A stretch of 64,000 nucleotides of DNA from Alphaproteobacteria bacterium (GCA_030429725.1 JAUIEX010000002.1:5229-69228); one strand, 5' to 3'; counted from the stretch's first letter, positions 1-12,056 are shown. Made by a program: numbers and translations. Notes: generated by a model from the letters alone, not told the origin.

Positions 1-1199
1 CGGTAAAACCAAAGTTAACCGTTATCGTCATTATTATTGTTACACTGGCATGGTTCGCCTCTTCACTTGTCTTTCCTCCCAATCTTGAGGTTTATGCCGA
101 TGAGCCAGCCCCTGCCAGGGCAGACATCTCAAGCGTGGCCGTTGCAAAGGTGGCGCATGATGACCTGATGCAAACCCTCAATCTATACGGCACAACCCAA
201 GCTAATGAACGTTTTGATATCCGCGCCGAGGTGACCGGTGAGGTGGCTGAAATATTAGCAGAAGAAGGGCAATGGGTTACTATAGGAGATAAAATTTTAA
301 CGATTGCACCCCGGGAGCGCGGCTTGCGTCTTTCCGAGCTTCGCGCGCGTGTTTCACAGCAAGAAATTGATTATAAATCTGCGCGCAATCTGGCACAAAA
401 AGGCCTGCAATCACAAAGCCGTGTTCAGAACGCTTTAGCGCAACTTAATGAAGCCAGAGCTGAATTGAAGGAAGCCCAGATTGCTGTTAACCTTGGCGTT
501 ATTCGCGCGCCGGCCTCCGGTATTTTAGAATCCTTAAATGTTGATGTTGGGGCACTGGTTGGCCCAAATATCCGCGTTGGCTCCGGCGCGTTTACCGATG
601 GCGACAGCATTGCCATGGTGCTGGATGTGGAGCCAACTATCGTTGTTGCTTATGTTCCTGAAAAATATCATGGCATGGTGCAGCTTGGCCGAGAAGTAAC
701 CGTTAAAACTGCCGATGAGCGCACCATCGTTGGACATGTTAAAACACTGGCAAGCCTTGCGGATGAGGCAACCAGAACCTTCAAAGTTGAAATTGAAGTG
801 AAGCAGGAAGTGGGGGTCAGCCATGAGAATTATATTCCCGTTGGCATGACCGCGCAAATCACTTTGCCTTTACAGCAACTTAAAGCGACGCTTGTTCCCA
901 CGTCATCACTCACAATTAGCCGTGATAATCAACTTGGTGTTAAAGTGATTCTTCCAAAAGACCAGCCGGCAACAGGTGAAGCGAATAAAATCACCGGTCA
1001 GGTGCAATTCTTTCCGGCAAAAATTGTTCAACAGGGAGCGGATAATCAAATTTGGGTCACCGGCTTACCATCTCCGGTGTGGTTAATTACCAGCGGCTTT
1101 GGCTACACACCTGATGGCAGTTATGTGACTGGAATATTTGACGCCTCGGACGCTAAGGAGGTTATTGCGCCACTGAATGATGGATCAGGTAATGAATAG
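1..1199 (+). CDS. RND-efflux periplasmic adaptor (membrane fusion protein, HlyD/AcrA-like); 5' end cut by window edge
   Basis: The frame of ORF 135..1199 stays open back to nt 3 and encodes a hydrophobic anchor (VIVIIIVTLAWFASSLVF). It has MFP-like lipoyl and coiled-coil segments (IRAEVTGEV..., VIRAPASGIL). It sits directly upstream of, and overlaps, an RND pump gene. Confidence 0.8.
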   Translation, partial: VKPKLTVIVIIIVTLAWFASSLVFPPNLEVYADEPAPARADISSVAVAKVAHDDLMQTLNLYGTTQANERFDIRAEVTGEVAEILAEEGQWVTIGDKILTIAPRERGLRLSELRARVSQQEIDYKSARNLAQKGLQSQSRVQNALAQLNEARAELKEAQIAVNLGVIRAPASGILESLNVDVGALVGPNIRVGSGAFTDGDSIAMVLDVEPTIVVAYVPEKYHGMVQLGREVTVKTADERTIVGHVKTLASLADEATRTFKVEIEVKQEVGVSHENYIPVGMTAQITLPLQQLKATLVPTSSLTISRDNQLGVKVILPKDQPATGEANKITGQVQFFPAKIVQQGADNQIWVTGLPSPVWLITSGFGYTPDGSYVTGIFDASDAKEVIAPLNDGSGNE

Positions 1200-4100
1200 C
1201 TTGATTGATGGCGCGCTTTCGCGTTCGCGTGCAACCATTGTTGCCCTTTTTCTGATTCTTGTGATTGGCGCGGCAGCCTACCGTTCCGTGCCGGTGGAAG
1301 ACTCCCCCGATGTGCGTATCCCTATTATTTATGTATCAATGTCGTCTCAAGGCATCTCCCCTGAGGATGCGGAGCGTTTGCTTGTTCGCCCGATGGAAAC
1401 GGAGCTTAAAAGCATTGAGGGCATTAAAGAGATGAAGTCTTATGCCTCTCAGGGACATGCTTCCGTTGTATTGGAATTTCAGGCGGGATTTGATGCCAGC
1501 GCCGCACTTCAGGATGTGCGTGAAAAAGTTGATATGGCAAAGCCTGAATTGCCGGCGGAAGCAGAGGAACCGACGGTTAATGAAGTCAATCTTAGCCTCT
1601 TCCCGGTCGTGAGTATTATCCTGACAAGTAATTTACCGGAGCGCGCTTTCCTGCAGCTGGCTAAGAAACTGCGAGATGATATTGAAAAAATCCCGGCCGT
1701 GTTAGAAGGCGAAATTGCCGGAGAGCGTGAAGAAACGGTGGATATCATTATTGAACCACGTATTGTCGAGCAATATAGATTAACCACGGATATTATCGCT
1801 CAGGTGCGTGGAAACAACATGCTGGTGGCCGCAGGCTATCAGGATAATGGCAAAGGAAGTTTTCAGGTGGAGGTTCCGGGGCTGCTTGAAACGGTAAAAG
1901 ATGTGATGCGCCTGCCTATTCTTTCCTCTAATGGCGCCACGGTTACGCTAGAGGATATTTCAACGGTTCAGCGGGGCTTTAAAGATGCAGATGGCTTCGC
2001 CAAGGTTAATGGTCAGCCGGCGCTGGTCATTGAAGTAAGCAAGCGCACGGGCATGAATATTATTGAAACAATTGAAGATGTTAAGGCGGTTGTTCACAAA
2101 GCCGCTGCTCTGTGGCCGGATGGTGTTAATTATGTGTTTGCGCAGGATAAATCTGCGGATATCGTTGAAATGGTCAGCAATTTAGAAAATAATATTTTTC
2201 TGGCAATCATTTTGGTGATGCTGGTTATTATTTGGTTTGTTGGAATTCGTGCGGGGCTTCTGGTTTCCGCTGCCATCCCCGGTGCATTCCTTATTGGCAT
2301 TATGACCATCGCCTTCATGCAGTTAACGCTTAATATCGTTGTTCTGTTCAGCTTGATATTGTCCATTGGGATGCTGGTAGATAACGCCATTGTGGTCATT
2401 GAATATGCTAACCGGCGGATGATGGCCGGAGAGTCTCATAAAACGGCCTATGCCACGGCGGCAAAACGCATGGCCGGCCCATTGATTGCCTCAACAATAA
2501 CCACGTTAATGGTATTCGCCCCCCTGCTCTTTTGGCCGGGTATTATTGGTCAGTTTATGCAGTATATGCCGCTGACGCTCATTGCAACGCTGACCGGATC
2601 ATTGTTAATGGCGCTGATTTTTTTGCCCGTGTTAGGCACATTATTTGGCAAGCCGGCACGCAATATTGAAGCGCAGAAAAAGAGGATTTTAATTGCGGAA
2701 TCCGGGGATTTATCACAATTATGGGGCGCAACCGCCAGCTATCTTAAGGTGCTTGGCAATGTCCTTAAAGCACCGTGGCTGTTTGCTGTGAGTATTGTGG
2801 TGTTGCTTTTTCTTACCATCGCAAGCTTTGCTTCTTATGGCCCGGGCGTTGAGTTCTTTCCGAATGTAGAGCCTCAGAATATTCAACTTCAGGTGCGCGC
2901 CAGAGGCAATCTTTCCGTTTATGAAAAAGATGATCTGCTAACGCAAGTAACACAGAAAGTGACGCCATTAGCGGATGAGGTAAAAGTTTTTTATGCACGC
3001 TCCGGGCGATTTAACAAAGGCGGGCAGGACGTTGCGGAGGATGTGGTTGGCGTTCTGCAAATGGAGCTGGTGAACTGGCGCTTCAGGCGGAGTGCCCATG
3101 AGATTCTTGAGGATATGCGTGTGCGTGCCAATACCATTCCCGGAATTATTGTTGAGACGCGTGAGGAGGAAATGGGGCCACCGACGGGCCGTCCCATTAA
3201 TATTGAAATTAGCAGCCTTTACCCGGAAACACTTGAGCCTGTGGCTAAAAATATTATTCAACGCATGCAGGAAGCGGGCACTTTTGTGGATATTAACGAT
3301 ACGTTGCCAATCCCGGAAATCAAATGGGAAATGGATGTGGAGCGTGAAAAAGCAGCGGTTTACGGGCTGGATATGCAGCGCATCGGGAACTATGTTAAGC
3401 TGGCAACGAATGGGCTGATTGCCTCCGCCTATCGGCCGGATGATGCCGATGATGAGGTGGATATCGTTTTGCGCTACCCGGAAAAATATCGGAATCTTGA
3501 ATCACTTAAAGAGCTTCGTGCTGTCACAAGTAAGGGGAGCGTGCCAATCAGTCATTTTCTTGAAATGAACGCGCAGCCAACCATTCAAACCATTCAACGT
3601 GTTGATGGCATTCGTATCATTCGCATTACTGCTGATGTGAAAGAGGGCGTGCTGGCCGATAATATGGTCAAATTTATGCAGGATGAAATTAGTAAAGCGT
3701 ATGAATCCGGAGAGATTCCTTCAATCGTCAATGTTGACTTTAAAGGTGAGCAGGAAGATCAGGCCGAAACAAGCCAATTTCTTGGCAATGCCTTTATTCT
3801 GGCACTTGCCGCAATGTTCTTGCTGCTTGTCTGGCAGTTTAATAGCTTCTTTTATGCCTTTATTATTATGAGCGCCGTTTTTCTGTCAACGGCGGGCGTG
3901 CTGCTTGGCCTTATTGTAACATGGCAGCCTTTCGGGATTGTGATGTGTGGCGTTGGGGTGATTGCACTTGGCGGTATCGTTGTGAATAATAACATTATTT
4001 TTATTGATACTTTCATACAGCTCAAAAATGAGGGAATGGACGGCGTGGAGGCAATTTATCGAACGGCGGCACAGCGTTTGCGGCCGATTTTGCTGACAGC

Positions 4101-4320
4101 GTTTACAACTGTGCTTGGTCTTATGCCCATGGTGTTTAGCCTGAACCTTGATTTCTTTACGCGTGAGGTGACAGTTGGCGCACCTTCATCGCAATGGTGG
4201 AATCAACTCTCAACCTCCATTGCCGGGGGGCTGACCTTTGCAACATTGCTGACCTTGTTTTTCACACCCTGCCTGTTACTTATTGGGGAACGTTTTGCTG
4301 CCAAAAAAGATGCAAAATAA
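1177..4320 (+). CDS. RND family efflux permease (AcrB-like inner-membrane pump)
   Basis: 1047-aa polytopic ORF with two large periplasmic loops and the RND TM4-type motif LSIGMLVDNAIVVIE. Alternative starts lie at 1180 and 1192; the latter overlaps the adaptor stop (ATGAATAG). Confidence 0.9.
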   Translation: MMDQVMNSLIDGALSRSRATIVALFLILVIGAAAYRSVPVEDSPDVRIPIIYVSMSSQGISPEDAERLLVRPMETELKSIEGIKEMKSYASQGHASVVLEFQAGFDASAALQDVREKVDMAKPELPAEAEEPTVNEVNLSLFPVVSIILTSNLPERAFLQLAKKLRDDIEKIPAVLEGEIAGEREETVDIIIEPRIVEQYRLTTDIIAQVRGNNMLVAAGYQDNGKGSFQVEVPGLLETVKDVMRLPILSSNGATVTLEDISTVQRGFKDADGFAKVNGQPALVIEVSKRTGMNIIETIEDVKAVVHKAAALWPDGVNYVFAQDKSADIVEMVSNLENNIFLAIILVMLVIIWFVGIRAGLLVSAAIPGAFLIGIMTIAFMQLTLNIVVLFSLILSIGMLVDNAIVVIEYANRRMMAGESHKTAYATAAKRMAGPLIASTITTLMVFAPLLFWPGIIGQFMQYMPLTLIATLTGSLLMALIFLPVLGTLFGKPARNIEAQKKRILIAESGDLSQLWGATASYLKVLGNVLKAPWLFAVSIVVLLFLTIASFASYGPGVEFFPNVEPQNIQLQVRARGNLSVYEKDDLLTQVTQKVTPLADEVKVFYARSGRFNKGGQDVAEDVVGVLQMELVNWRFRRSAHEILEDMRVRANTIPGIIVETREEEMGPPTGRPINIEISSLYPETLEPVAKNIIQRMQEAGTFVDINDTLPIPEIKWEMDVEREKAAVYGLDMQRIGNYVKLATNGLIASAYRPDDADDEVDIVLRYPEKYRNLESLKELRAVTSKGSVPISHFLEMNAQPTIQTIQRVDGIRIIRITADVKEGVLADNMVKFMQDEISKAYESGEIPSIVNVDFKGEQEDQAETSQFLGNAFILALAAMFLLLVWQFNSFFYAFIIMSAVFLSTAGVLLGLIVTWQPFGIVMCGVGVIALGGIVVNNNIIFIDTFIQLKNEGMDGVEAIYRTAAQRLRPILLTAFTTVLGLMPMVFSLNLDFFTREVTVGAPSSQWWNQLSTSIAGGLTFATLLTLFFTPCLLLIGERFAAKKDAK

Positions 4321-4337
4321 AATATTAAAGGATAGCT

Positions 4338-6110
4338 ATGCTTGATATCTCCACCTTACCACGCTGGAATTTAACGGATTTATATACCTCCCCTCGCAGT
4401 GAATCATTGCAAACGGATATAAAGAAATTACGCGCCATGGCAGCGCAATTTCGGAGTGATTATCAAGGAAATATTGGGCAATTATCTGCGGAGCTCCTCA
4501 CGCAAGCGATTCAAACCTATGAAGCATATTCTGATCTCTCAGGTAAAATTGCCAGCTATGCCTATTTAACTTTCTCAGAAAATATGGAGGATAGCCAGAA
4601 ATCTTCTTTTTATCAGTCAATTATGGAGGCAGTGAGTGATGCCGATAGCGATACTGTTTTTTTCACTCTGGAACTTAATAATATTGCGGATGACACTCTG
4701 GACGCACTAATTAAGTCATCCCCATCTTTGAAAATGTACCAACCATGGCTCCGGGAAATAAGGCTCTTTCGTCCGCACCAACTTTCCGAAGAACTGGAGA
4801 CAATGCTGCATGAAAAATCGATCACGGGAAAGCAGGCATGGTCACGTTTGTTTGATGAAAAGCTTGCGGAAGTCAGGTTTGATTATGATGGTGAAACTCT
4901 GGCCATTGGTGATATTTTAGATAAGCTTTCCGACCATGGTGAGGACACCCGAAAAAAAGCCGCGCACTCGCTGGGTAAAGGCTTGGCAAGTGAGGCTAAG
5001 TTTTTTGCTTATATCACAAATACGCTGGCAAAAGATAAAGCCATTGAGGATAAAAAACGTCGCTTTAGCGCCCCTATTTCATCACGCAATCTTTCGAACT
5101 CCATTGAAGATGAGGTGGTTGAAGCGCTGCTTTCCACCGTTCAAAAAAATTATCCGGCTTTATCGCATCGATACTATGCCTTAAAAGCAAAATGGCTGAA
5201 TGTGGATAAGCTGGATTATTGGAACCGCAACGCGCCACTGCCGGAGACGGATAAACGCCTGATTCCATGGGGCGAAGCCAGGGAAATTGTGCTGTCTGCC
5301 TACCATGACTTCTCGCCAACACTGGCAGAGATGGGGCAGGAATTCTTTGATAAGAACTGGATTGATGCCCCGTCATTGCCCGGAAAAGATTCGGGAGCTT
5401 TTTCGCATCCAACCGTGCCTTCTTCACATCCTTATATCTTAATGAATTATCAGGGGAAATTAAATGACGTGATGACTCTGGCGCATGAGCTTGGGCATGG
5501 CGTGCATCAGCTGCTTGCCAGAGAGCAAGGGGCGTTAATGTGCGACACTCCGTTAACGTTGGCGGAAACTGCCTCTGTTTTTGGCGAGCAACTAACATTT
5601 CAGGCGATTCTGAAACAGCAAAATAACAACAAGGATCGGAAGAATATTATTGCCAAAAAAGTTGAGGATATGTTGAACACAGTTGTTCGACAAATTGCAT
5701 TTTGTGAGTTTGAACGCCGAGTTCATAACGACAGAAAGCAGGGCGAATTAAGTGTTGAGCAGCTGGCCGGGCATTGGATGAATGTGCAGCGCGAAAGCCT
5801 TGGCCCGGCGCTTCAATTTGATGATTTATATCAGCATTACTGGGCGTATATTCCGCATTTCATCCATACCCCGTTTTATGTCTATAGCTATGCGTTTGGC
5901 GATTGCCTTGTTAACGCGCTATATGCGCAATATCAAAGCGGCGGCGTTACGGGTTTTGAGGAAAAATACCTCACCATGCTAAAAGCCGGTGGAACATTAC
6001 ACCACACGGAGCTGTTGGCGCCCTTTCATCTGGATGCCTCTCAGTCCAATTTCTGGCAAAAAGGCCTGGATATTATCAGTCACTATATTGATGAGCTTGA
6101 AGAGCTCTAA
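4338..6110 (+). CDS. pepF: M3-family oligoendopeptidase (PepF-like)
   Basis: 590-aa ORF with the zinc motif HELGHGVH (HEXXH). Length and overall sequence are typical of oligoendopeptidase F. Confidence 0.8.
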   Translation: MLDISTLPRWNLTDLYTSPRSESLQTDIKKLRAMAAQFRSDYQGNIGQLSAELLTQAIQTYEAYSDLSGKIASYAYLTFSENMEDSQKSSFYQSIMEAVSDADSDTVFFTLELNNIADDTLDALIKSSPSLKMYQPWLREIRLFRPHQLSEELETMLHEKSITGKQAWSRLFDEKLAEVRFDYDGETLAIGDILDKLSDHGEDTRKKAAHSLGKGLASEAKFFAYITNTLAKDKAIEDKKRRFSAPISSRNLSNSIEDEVVEALLSTVQKNYPALSHRYYALKAKWLNVDKLDYWNRNAPLPETDKRLIPWGEAREIVLSAYHDFSPTLAEMGQEFFDKNWIDAPSLPGKDSGAFSHPTVPSSHPYILMNYQGKLNDVMTLAHELGHGVHQLLAREQGALMCDTPLTLAETASVFGEQLTFQAILKQQNNNKDRKNIIAKKVEDMLNTVVRQIAFCEFERRVHNDRKQGELSVEQLAGHWMNVQRESLGPALQFDDLYQHYWAYIPHFIHTPFYVYSYAFGDCLVNALYAQYQSGGVTGFEEKYLTMLKAGGTLHHTELLAPFHLDASQSNFWQKGLDIISHYIDELEEL

Positions 6111-7712
6111 TTAGTCATGTTTCTTAAATGACCCGGCTTTAAGCCGCGTTATGTAGCTTGAAATATCTTCTTTGATGTCCTTCTGCAGGATATAGAGACC
6201 CAGCAGGTTCGGCAGCGCCATAGCAAGCAACAGATAGGTTGAGAAATCCACCACCGTTGCCACATCCGCAACGCCGCCAATAAAAGTACAGCTACAGAAA
6301 ATAACATAAAAAACACCAACATAACGCTCACCAAACAAATAGCGCCAGGCACGCTCACCGTAATAACTCCAGGCGATCATGGTGGAATATGCAAATAATC
6401 CAATCGCAATTGACAGGATAATTGGAAACCAGCCGATGACACTTGCAAAGGCGCTGCTGGTTAGCAGCACCCCATCATTAACGCCGGCATCCTGATAAAC
6501 ACCTGTAATTGTGATCACAAGGCCTGAAATAAAGCAGATAACGATAGTATCAATAAATGGCTCTAACAGCGCCACGCAGCCTTCCCTGACAGGCTCACTC
6601 GTTTTAGCGGCAGAGTGTGCAATTGGCGCAGATCCAAGCCCGGCTTCATTCGAAAATGCCGAACGTGTCACGCCTGCAATCAGCGCACCCAGCATGCCCC
6701 CTCCCGCCGCTTCAAATGAAAAGGCGCCGGAAATAATTAGACCAATGGCATGGCCAAGCTGGTCAATATGTGTCCCAATAACAACAAAACATGCCACAAC
6801 ATAAATAATGCCCATGATTGGAACGATCATTTCAGCCACTCTGGCAATCCTCCGAATCCCTCCGATAAGAACAACACCAACACTCACCGCCAGAATCAAA
6901 GCCAAAATGATATCTGCCTGTTTAAAATCAACCAATGTGTCTGTTAAGATTGAAACGGCCTGGCTGGATTGAAACATATTTCCGCCACCAATGGAGCCAC
7001 CAATACAGAAGATTGCAAAGAAGACGGCCAGAAACTTACCAAGTCTGGGCAGGTTTTTCTCCGCCAATCCCTTCTGGAGATAGTGAAAGGCGCCACCTGA
7101 AATACGCCCTTTATCGTTAAATTCGCGATATTTTTGTCCCATTGTTACTTCAACACATTTAGTGGTCATGCCGAAAAATCCGGCAACAACCATCCAAAAC
7201 ACAGCCCCCGGCCCTCCCGCCGCAACGGCCAAAGCAACGCCGGCAATATTTCCAAGCCCCACCGTGGCTGAAACGGCTGCCGAGAGCGCCTGAAAATGCG
7301 TTACCTCCCCCGGATCATCGGGCGAGCTATATTTTCCACGTACCACCGCAATTGCATGGCCAAATAGCCGAAAATTAATAAATCCAAGGCGAAGTGTGAA
7401 AAATATTCCACCAAGTATCAGCCATAAAACAAGGAACGGGATACCAAAAACATCAAAGAAAAGCACGGCCGCAATAAAATCCGTCAGCATCTGTAAGGCG
7501 GATTGGATGGACGAAACGAGGGATGAATCAAGAGCGCCGCCGGCATCAGTAATCAACGTCTCAAGCTCTGATGCCCCTGCTCCGAAGGCTGTGAAGCACG
7601 CCAAAAAGAAAAATAATGCTTTAAAACGATGAGCGAAACTAAGGGCATGGAAACTGGTAACATAAATCATATGAGGAGACTCACATATCTGAAAATCAAA
7701 ATCAACCGACAA
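6111..7712 (-). CDS. Alanine/glycine:cation symporter (AGCS family)
   Basis: Polytopic 533-aa ORF with the AGCS signature THFQALSAAVSATVGLGNIAGVALAVAAGGPGAVFWM. The ORF-track start is TTG; an ATG at 7673 is equally possible. Confidence 0.85.
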   Translation of the reverse strand: MSVDFDFQICESPHMIYVTSFHALSFAHRFKALFFFLACFTAFGAGASELETLITDAGGALDSSLVSSIQSALQMLTDFIAAVLFFDVFGIPFLVLWLILGGIFFTLRLGFINFRLFGHAIAVVRGKYSSPDDPGEVTHFQALSAAVSATVGLGNIAGVALAVAAGGPGAVFWMVVAGFFGMTTKCVEVTMGQKYREFNDKGRISGGAFHYLQKGLAEKNLPRLGKFLAVFFAIFCIGGSIGGGNMFQSSQAVSILTDTLVDFKQADIILALILAVSVGVVLIGGIRRIARVAEMIVPIMGIIYVVACFVVIGTHIDQLGHAIGLIISGAFSFEAAGGGMLGALIAGVTRSAFSNEAGLGSAPIAHSAAKTSEPVREGCVALLEPFIDTIVICFISGLVITITGVYQDAGVNDGVLLTSSAFASVIGWFPIILSIAIGLFAYSTMIAWSYYGERAWRYLFGERYVGVFYVIFCSCTFIGGVADVATVVDFSTYLLLAMALPNLLGLYILQKDIKEDISSYITRLKAGSFKKHD

Positions 7713-7741
7713 AAAATACAGCAGTCACGATGAATTAGGAC

Positions 7742-7770
7742 TTGACTAGAAGCCTTGCTGGCATTAGTTT
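7742..7770 (+). promoter_or_regulatory. Sigma70-like promoter upstream of rpsL
   Basis: TTGACT (7742..7747), a 17-nt spacer, then TAGTTT (7765..7770), about 70 nt upstream of the rpsL ATG. Confidence 0.35.
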
Positions 7771-7841
7771 GCGCGCTCATTTTGAGGTGTCGGATTTCCG
7801 GCGGCTCATTGTAATTGATTGAAAGTAAGTGGATTTTAGTT

Positions 7842-8213
7842 ATGCCAACAATAAATCAGCTTGTTCGCAAGCCACGCGTTAAGCAGGTAAAAAAGAACAA
7901 GGTTCCCGCGCTGGAGGCGTGTCCTCAGAAGCGTGGCGTGTGCACGCGTGTCTATACGACAACGCCGAAAAAGCCAAACTCCGCGCTGCGTAAGGTGGCT
8001 CGTATTCGCCTTTCTAACGGCTATGAAGTAACCGGTTATATTCCCGGTGAAGGGCATAATTTGCAAGAGCACTCTATGGTTTTGATCCGCGGTGGTCGTG
8101 TTAAAGATCTGCCGGGTGTGCGCTATCACATCATTCGTGGTGCGCTTGATACGCAAGGTGTTAAAGATCGTAAGCAAAACCGTTCAAAATACGGCGCTAA
8201 GCGTCCAAAATAA
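7842..8213 (+). CDS. rpsL: 30S ribosomal protein S12
   Basis: Begins [12 protein letters not shown] at the internal ATG 7842 of ORF 7815..8213. Canonical S12 sequence. Confidence 0.97.
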   Translation: MPTINQLVRKPRVKQVKKNKVPALEACPQKRGVCTRVYTTTPKKPNSALRKVARIRLSNGYEVTGYIPGEGHNLQEHSMVLIRGGRVKDLPGVRYHIIRGALDTQGVKDRKQNRSKYGAKRPK

Positions 8214-8225
8214 TAGGAGTATTTT

Positions 8226-8696
8226 ATGTCACGTCGTCGCGCCGCAGAGAAACGTCAGATTTTTCCTGATCCAAAGTTTGGTGATAAAACAGTTACCAAG
8301 CTGATCAATTACATTATGCTGGATGGAAAGAAATCCGCCGCAGAAAAAATTGTCTACAAAGCGCTGGATTCGCTTTCTCATAAAGCAAAAATGGATCCGG
8401 TTCAGGCATTTAAAGATGCCATTGAAAATGTGCGTCCTACAATTGAGGTTCGTTCTCGTCGTGTGGGTGGCGCCACGTATCAGGTGCCGGTTGAGGTTCG
8501 CGCAGAACGCGCCCTCGCTCTGTCACTCCGCTGGATTATCACTTTTGCGCGCAAAAGAAATGAGCGCACTATGCATGAGCGTTTATCCGGAGAGTTGCTG
8601 GATGCAATTAACAATCGCGGTGGGTCGGTTAAAAAGCGTGAAGACACGCACAAGATGGCGGATGCAAATAAAGCTTTTGCCCACTTCCGCTGGTAG
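8226..8696 (+). CDS. rpsG: 30S ribosomal protein S7
   Basis: [20 protein letters not shown]..., 156 aa, in the str operon position. Confidence 0.97.
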   Translation: MSRRRAAEKRQIFPDPKFGDKTVTKLINYIMLDGKKSAAEKIVYKALDSLSHKAKMDPVQAFKDAIENVRPTIEVRSRRVGGATYQVPVEVRAERALALSLRWIITFARKRNERTMHERLSGELLDAINNRGGSVKKREDTHKMADANKAFAHFRW

Positions 8697-8742
8697 CAAT
8701 ACACTATTTATTAATCTCTAATTATTCAGGGCTTCATACAAA

Positions 8743-10818
8743 ATGGCACGTTCTCATCCAATCGAAAAATACCGTAACATCGGGATCATGGCGCATATTG
8801 ACGCGGGTAAAACCACGACAACCGAGCGTATTCTGTATTACACGGGCAAATCGCACAAAATTGGTGAGGTGCATGAGGGTGATGCAACCATGGACTGGAT
8901 GGAGCAGGAGCAGGAGCGTGGCATTACGATCACCTCCGCTGCCACTACCTGTTTTTGGGGCGATAGCCGCATTAATATTATTGATACTCCCGGGCACGTA
9001 GACTTCACCATTGAAGTTGAGCGTAGCTTGCGCGTGCTTGATGGCGCCGTTGCGGTGTTTGATGGCGTTGCCGGTGTGGAGCCTCAGTCTGAAACCGTAT
9101 GGCGTCAGGCCGATAAATACGGCGTTCCTCGCATGTGTTTCATTAACAAAATGGATCGTACCGGTGCGGATTTTTACAACTGCGTGAACATGGTTGTTGA
9201 CCGCCTCGGCGCAACTCCGCTGGTGTTGCAGCTTCCAATTGGCTCTGAAGAAAACTTTGAGGGCGTAATTGATCTGGTGAAAATGAAGGAAGTGGTTTGG
9301 AGCGGCGAGGAGCTGGGAGCAAATTTTGAATATCGCGACATACGCGCCGATCTTGCTGACAAGGCTGCTGAATATCGTGAAAAGCTTATTGAAACGGCCG
9401 TTGAGGCTGACGATGCCGCGATGGAAGCGTACCTTGACGGTAAAGAGCCGTCTGAGGATGAATTGAAGGCCTGCATTCGCAAAGGAACGATTGCTAACCT
9501 GTTCGTGCCTATTTTAACCGGCACGGCGTTTAAGAATAAAGGTGTGCAGCCATTGCTGGATGCGGTGATCGATTACATGCCCTCCCCGCTTGATGTTCCT
9601 GCGATTAAAGGCGTTGATAAATACACTGAAGAAGCTATTACGCGCAAAAGTTCCGATTCGGAGCCTTTGGGAGCGCTTGCTTTTAAAATTATGAATGACC
9701 CATTTGTTGGGTCACTGACCTTTGTGCGAATTTATTCCGGCGTCCTGAAGACTGGTGACGGCGTTGAAAACTCTACAAAAGATCGTAAAGAGCGCATTGG
9801 CCGCATGATGTTGATGCATGCCAATAGCCGTGAAGATATCAAAGAAGCGCATGCGGGTGATATCGTTGCGATTGCGGGTCTTAAGCAGACAACCACGGGG
9901 GATACGCTTTGTGATTCAAACAAGCCGGTCATCCTGGAGCGGATGGAATTCCCTGAGCCGGTGATTGAAATTGCGGTTGAGCCTAAGTCAAAAGCCGATC
10001 AGGAAAAAATGTCGGAGGCGATTGCGCGTTTGGTAGCGGAAGATCCGTCCTTGCGTGTTAATACCGATGAGGAATCCGGTCAGACCATCCTGAAAGGTAT
10101 GGGTGAGCTGCATCTGGAAATTATTGTTGATCGTATGAAGCGTGAATTCAGCGTTGAAGCAAATATTGGTGCGCCGCAGGTGGCTTATCGCGAAACAATT
10201 ACTCAAGCAGCTGACATCAGCTATACCCACAAAAAACAAACGGGTGGCGCGGGTCAGTTTGCTAAGGTTCAAATTCATTTTGAACCTAATGAGCCGGGCG
10301 CCGGTTTTGAGTTTAATGAAAAAATCACCGGCGGTAACGTACCTAAGGAATATATACCTGGCGTTCAGAAGGGTATTGAGCTTGCCGCTGAGGCTGGCCC
10401 TATTGCCGGTTACCCAACGATTGATTTCAAAGCAACGCTCTATGATGGCGCCTACCATGATGTTGACTCCAGCGTGATGGCGTTTGAAGTTGCCGGACGT
10501 TCTGCATTTCGTGAAGCTTGCAAAGTGGCAAAGCCTGCCCTGCTTGAGCCGCTGATGGATGTAGAGGTTGTGACGCCCGAAGAATATATGGGTGATATTA
10601 TCGGCGACTTAAACAGCCGTCGCGGTCAGGTCTCTGAAATGGAGCAGCGCGGTAATGCGCGTGTTGTTAAGGCAAAAGTGCCTTTGGCAAATATGTTTGG
10701 GTATGTTAGCCAGCTGCGTTCCATGTCGCAGGGGCGTGCGCAATTCAGCATGCAATTTGCAAATTATGCACAAGTGCCACAGAATGTTGCACAGGAAATT
10801 CAAGCAAAAGTTGCTTAA
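8743..10818 (+). CDS. fusA: Elongation factor G
   Basis: 691 aa with the GTPase motif [24 protein letters not shown]. Confidence 0.97.
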   Translation: MARSHPIEKYRNIGIMAHIDAGKTTTTERILYYTGKSHKIGEVHEGDATMDWMEQEQERGITITSAATTCFWGDSRINIIDTPGHVDFTIEVERSLRVLDGAVAVFDGVAGVEPQSETVWRQADKYGVPRMCFINKMDRTGADFYNCVNMVVDRLGATPLVLQLPIGSEENFEGVIDLVKMKEVVWSGEELGANFEYRDIRADLADKAAEYREKLIETAVEADDAAMEAYLDGKEPSEDELKACIRKGTIANLFVPILTGTAFKNKGVQPLLDAVIDYMPSPLDVPAIKGVDKYTEEAITRKSSDSEPLGALAFKIMNDPFVGSLTFVRIYSGVLKTGDGVENSTKDRKERIGRMMLMHANSREDIKEAHAGDIVAIAGLKQTTTGDTLCDSNKPVILERMEFPEPVIEIAVEPKSKADQEKMSEAIARLVAEDPSLRVNTDEESGQTILKGMGELHLEIIVDRMKREFSVEANIGAPQVAYRETITQAADISYTHKKQTGGAGQFAKVQIHFEPNEPGAGFEFNEKITGGNVPKEYIPGVQKGIELAAEAGPIAGYPTIDFKATLYDGAYHDVDSSVMAFEVAGRSAFREACKVAKPALLEPLMDVEVVTPEEYMGDIIGDLNSRRGQVSEMEQRGNARVVKAKVPLANMFGYVSQLRSMSQGRAQFSMQFANYAQVPQNVAQEIQAKVA

Positions 10819-10854
10819 TAATTAATCACTTAACTTTTTAGGGAGTACGGTAAG

Positions 10855-12030
10855 ATGGCGAAAGAGAAGTTTGAGCGTAGTAAGCCTCACGTTAACATTG
10901 GCACGATTGGTCACGTTGACCATGGCAAGACGACGTTGACGGCTGCGATCACGAAATATTTTGGTGATTTCAAGGCGTATGATGAGATTGACGGTGCACC
11001 TGAGGAGCGCGAGCGTGGTATTACGATTTCAACGGCGCACGTTGAGTATGAGACGGAAGGCCGTCACTATGCGCATGTGGATTGCCCTGGTCACGCGGAT
11101 TATGTAAAAAACATGATCACGGGTGCGGCGCAGATGGATGGTGCGATTCTGGTTGTGAACGCTGCGGATGGGCCGATGCCACAGACGCGTGAGCATATTC
11201 TTCTGGCGCGTCAGGTTGGCGTTCCTGCGATTGTTGTTTTCCTGAACAAAGTGGATCAGGTGGATGATGAAGAGCTTCTGGAGCTTGTTGAGATGGAAGT
11301 GCGTGAGCTGCTCTCTTCTTATGATTTCCCGGGCGATGATCTTCCGATTGTGAAGGGTTCGGCTTTGGCGGCGCTGGAAGGCCGTGACGAAGCGATTGGC
11401 GAGAATGCGATTCGCGAACTGATGAAAGAAGTTGATGCTTACATTCCTCAGCCGGAACGTGCGCTGGATAAGCCATTTATCATGCCGATTGAAGATGTTT
11501 TCTCCATTGAAGGCCGTGGCACGGTTGTGACGGGTCGGATTGAAGCCGGCATTGTTAAAGTTGGCGAAGAGATTGAAATTATTGGCATTAAAGACACGAT
11601 TAAAACCACCTGCACCGGTGTTGAAATGTTCCGCAAATTGCTGGATCAGGGTCAGGCCGGTGATAATGTTGGCGTGCTTCTGCGCGGCACGAAGCGTGAC
11701 GAAGTTGAGCGCGGTCAGGTTCTTGCCAAGCCGGGCACCATCAAGCCTCATACGAAATTTGAATGCGAAGTCTATATCCTGAGCAAGGATGAAGGTGGCC
11801 GTCACACGCCATTCTTCGGCAATTATCGCCCTCAATTCTACTTCCGCACAACGGATGTTACCGGCGCGATCACCCTGCCTGAAGGCACGGAAATGATCAT
11901 GCCAGGTGATAATGCCAAGCTGACGGTGGAACTGATCGCCCCAATCGCCATGGATGAAGGCCTGCGCTTCGCTATCCGCGAAGGTGGCCGCACCGTAGGC
12001 GCCGGCGTCGTCTCTAAAATTATTGAGTAA
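10855..12030 (+). CDS. tuf: Elongation factor Tu
   Basis: 391 aa, begins [28 protein letters not shown]. Confidence 0.98.
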   Translation: MAKEKFERSKPHVNIGTIGHVDHGKTTLTAAITKYFGDFKAYDEIDGAPEERERGITISTAHVEYETEGRHYAHVDCPGHADYVKNMITGAAQMDGAILVVNAADGPMPQTREHILLARQVGVPAIVVFLNKVDQVDDEELLELVEMEVRELLSSYDFPGDDLPIVKGSALAALEGRDEAIGENAIRELMKEVDAYIPQPERALDKPFIMPIEDVFSIEGRGTVVTGRIEAGIVKVGEEIEIIGIKDTIKTTCTGVEMFRKLLDQGQAGDNVGVLLRGTKRDEVERGQVLAKPGTIKPHTKFECEVYILSKDEGGRHTPFFGNYRPQFYFRTTDVTGAITLPEGTEMIMPGDNAKLTVELIAPIAMDEGLRFAIREGGRTVGAGVVSKIIE

Positions 12031-12056
12031 ACGCGTTAAAGATTAAAGGTCACGTC

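Noticed and set aside
6108-6113. The convergent pepF and symporter genes end on adjacent nucleotides (TAA|TTA) with no intergenic terminator.
   Set aside because: This is real but unremarkable. Convergent genes sharing their 3' boundary are common, and nothing else is encoded there.
11029-11835. 268-aa ORF antisense to tuf. Similar long antisense ORFs occur at 5074..5598 in pepF, 53724..54377 in parE, 55643..56311 in hisF, 45991..46569 in the capsid gene and 36099..36632 in g15.
   Set aside because: Each lies fully inside a confidently identified gene on the other strand. Their compositions are low-complexity and Arg/His/Asn-rich, typical of antisense frames. None has a motif or an RBS.
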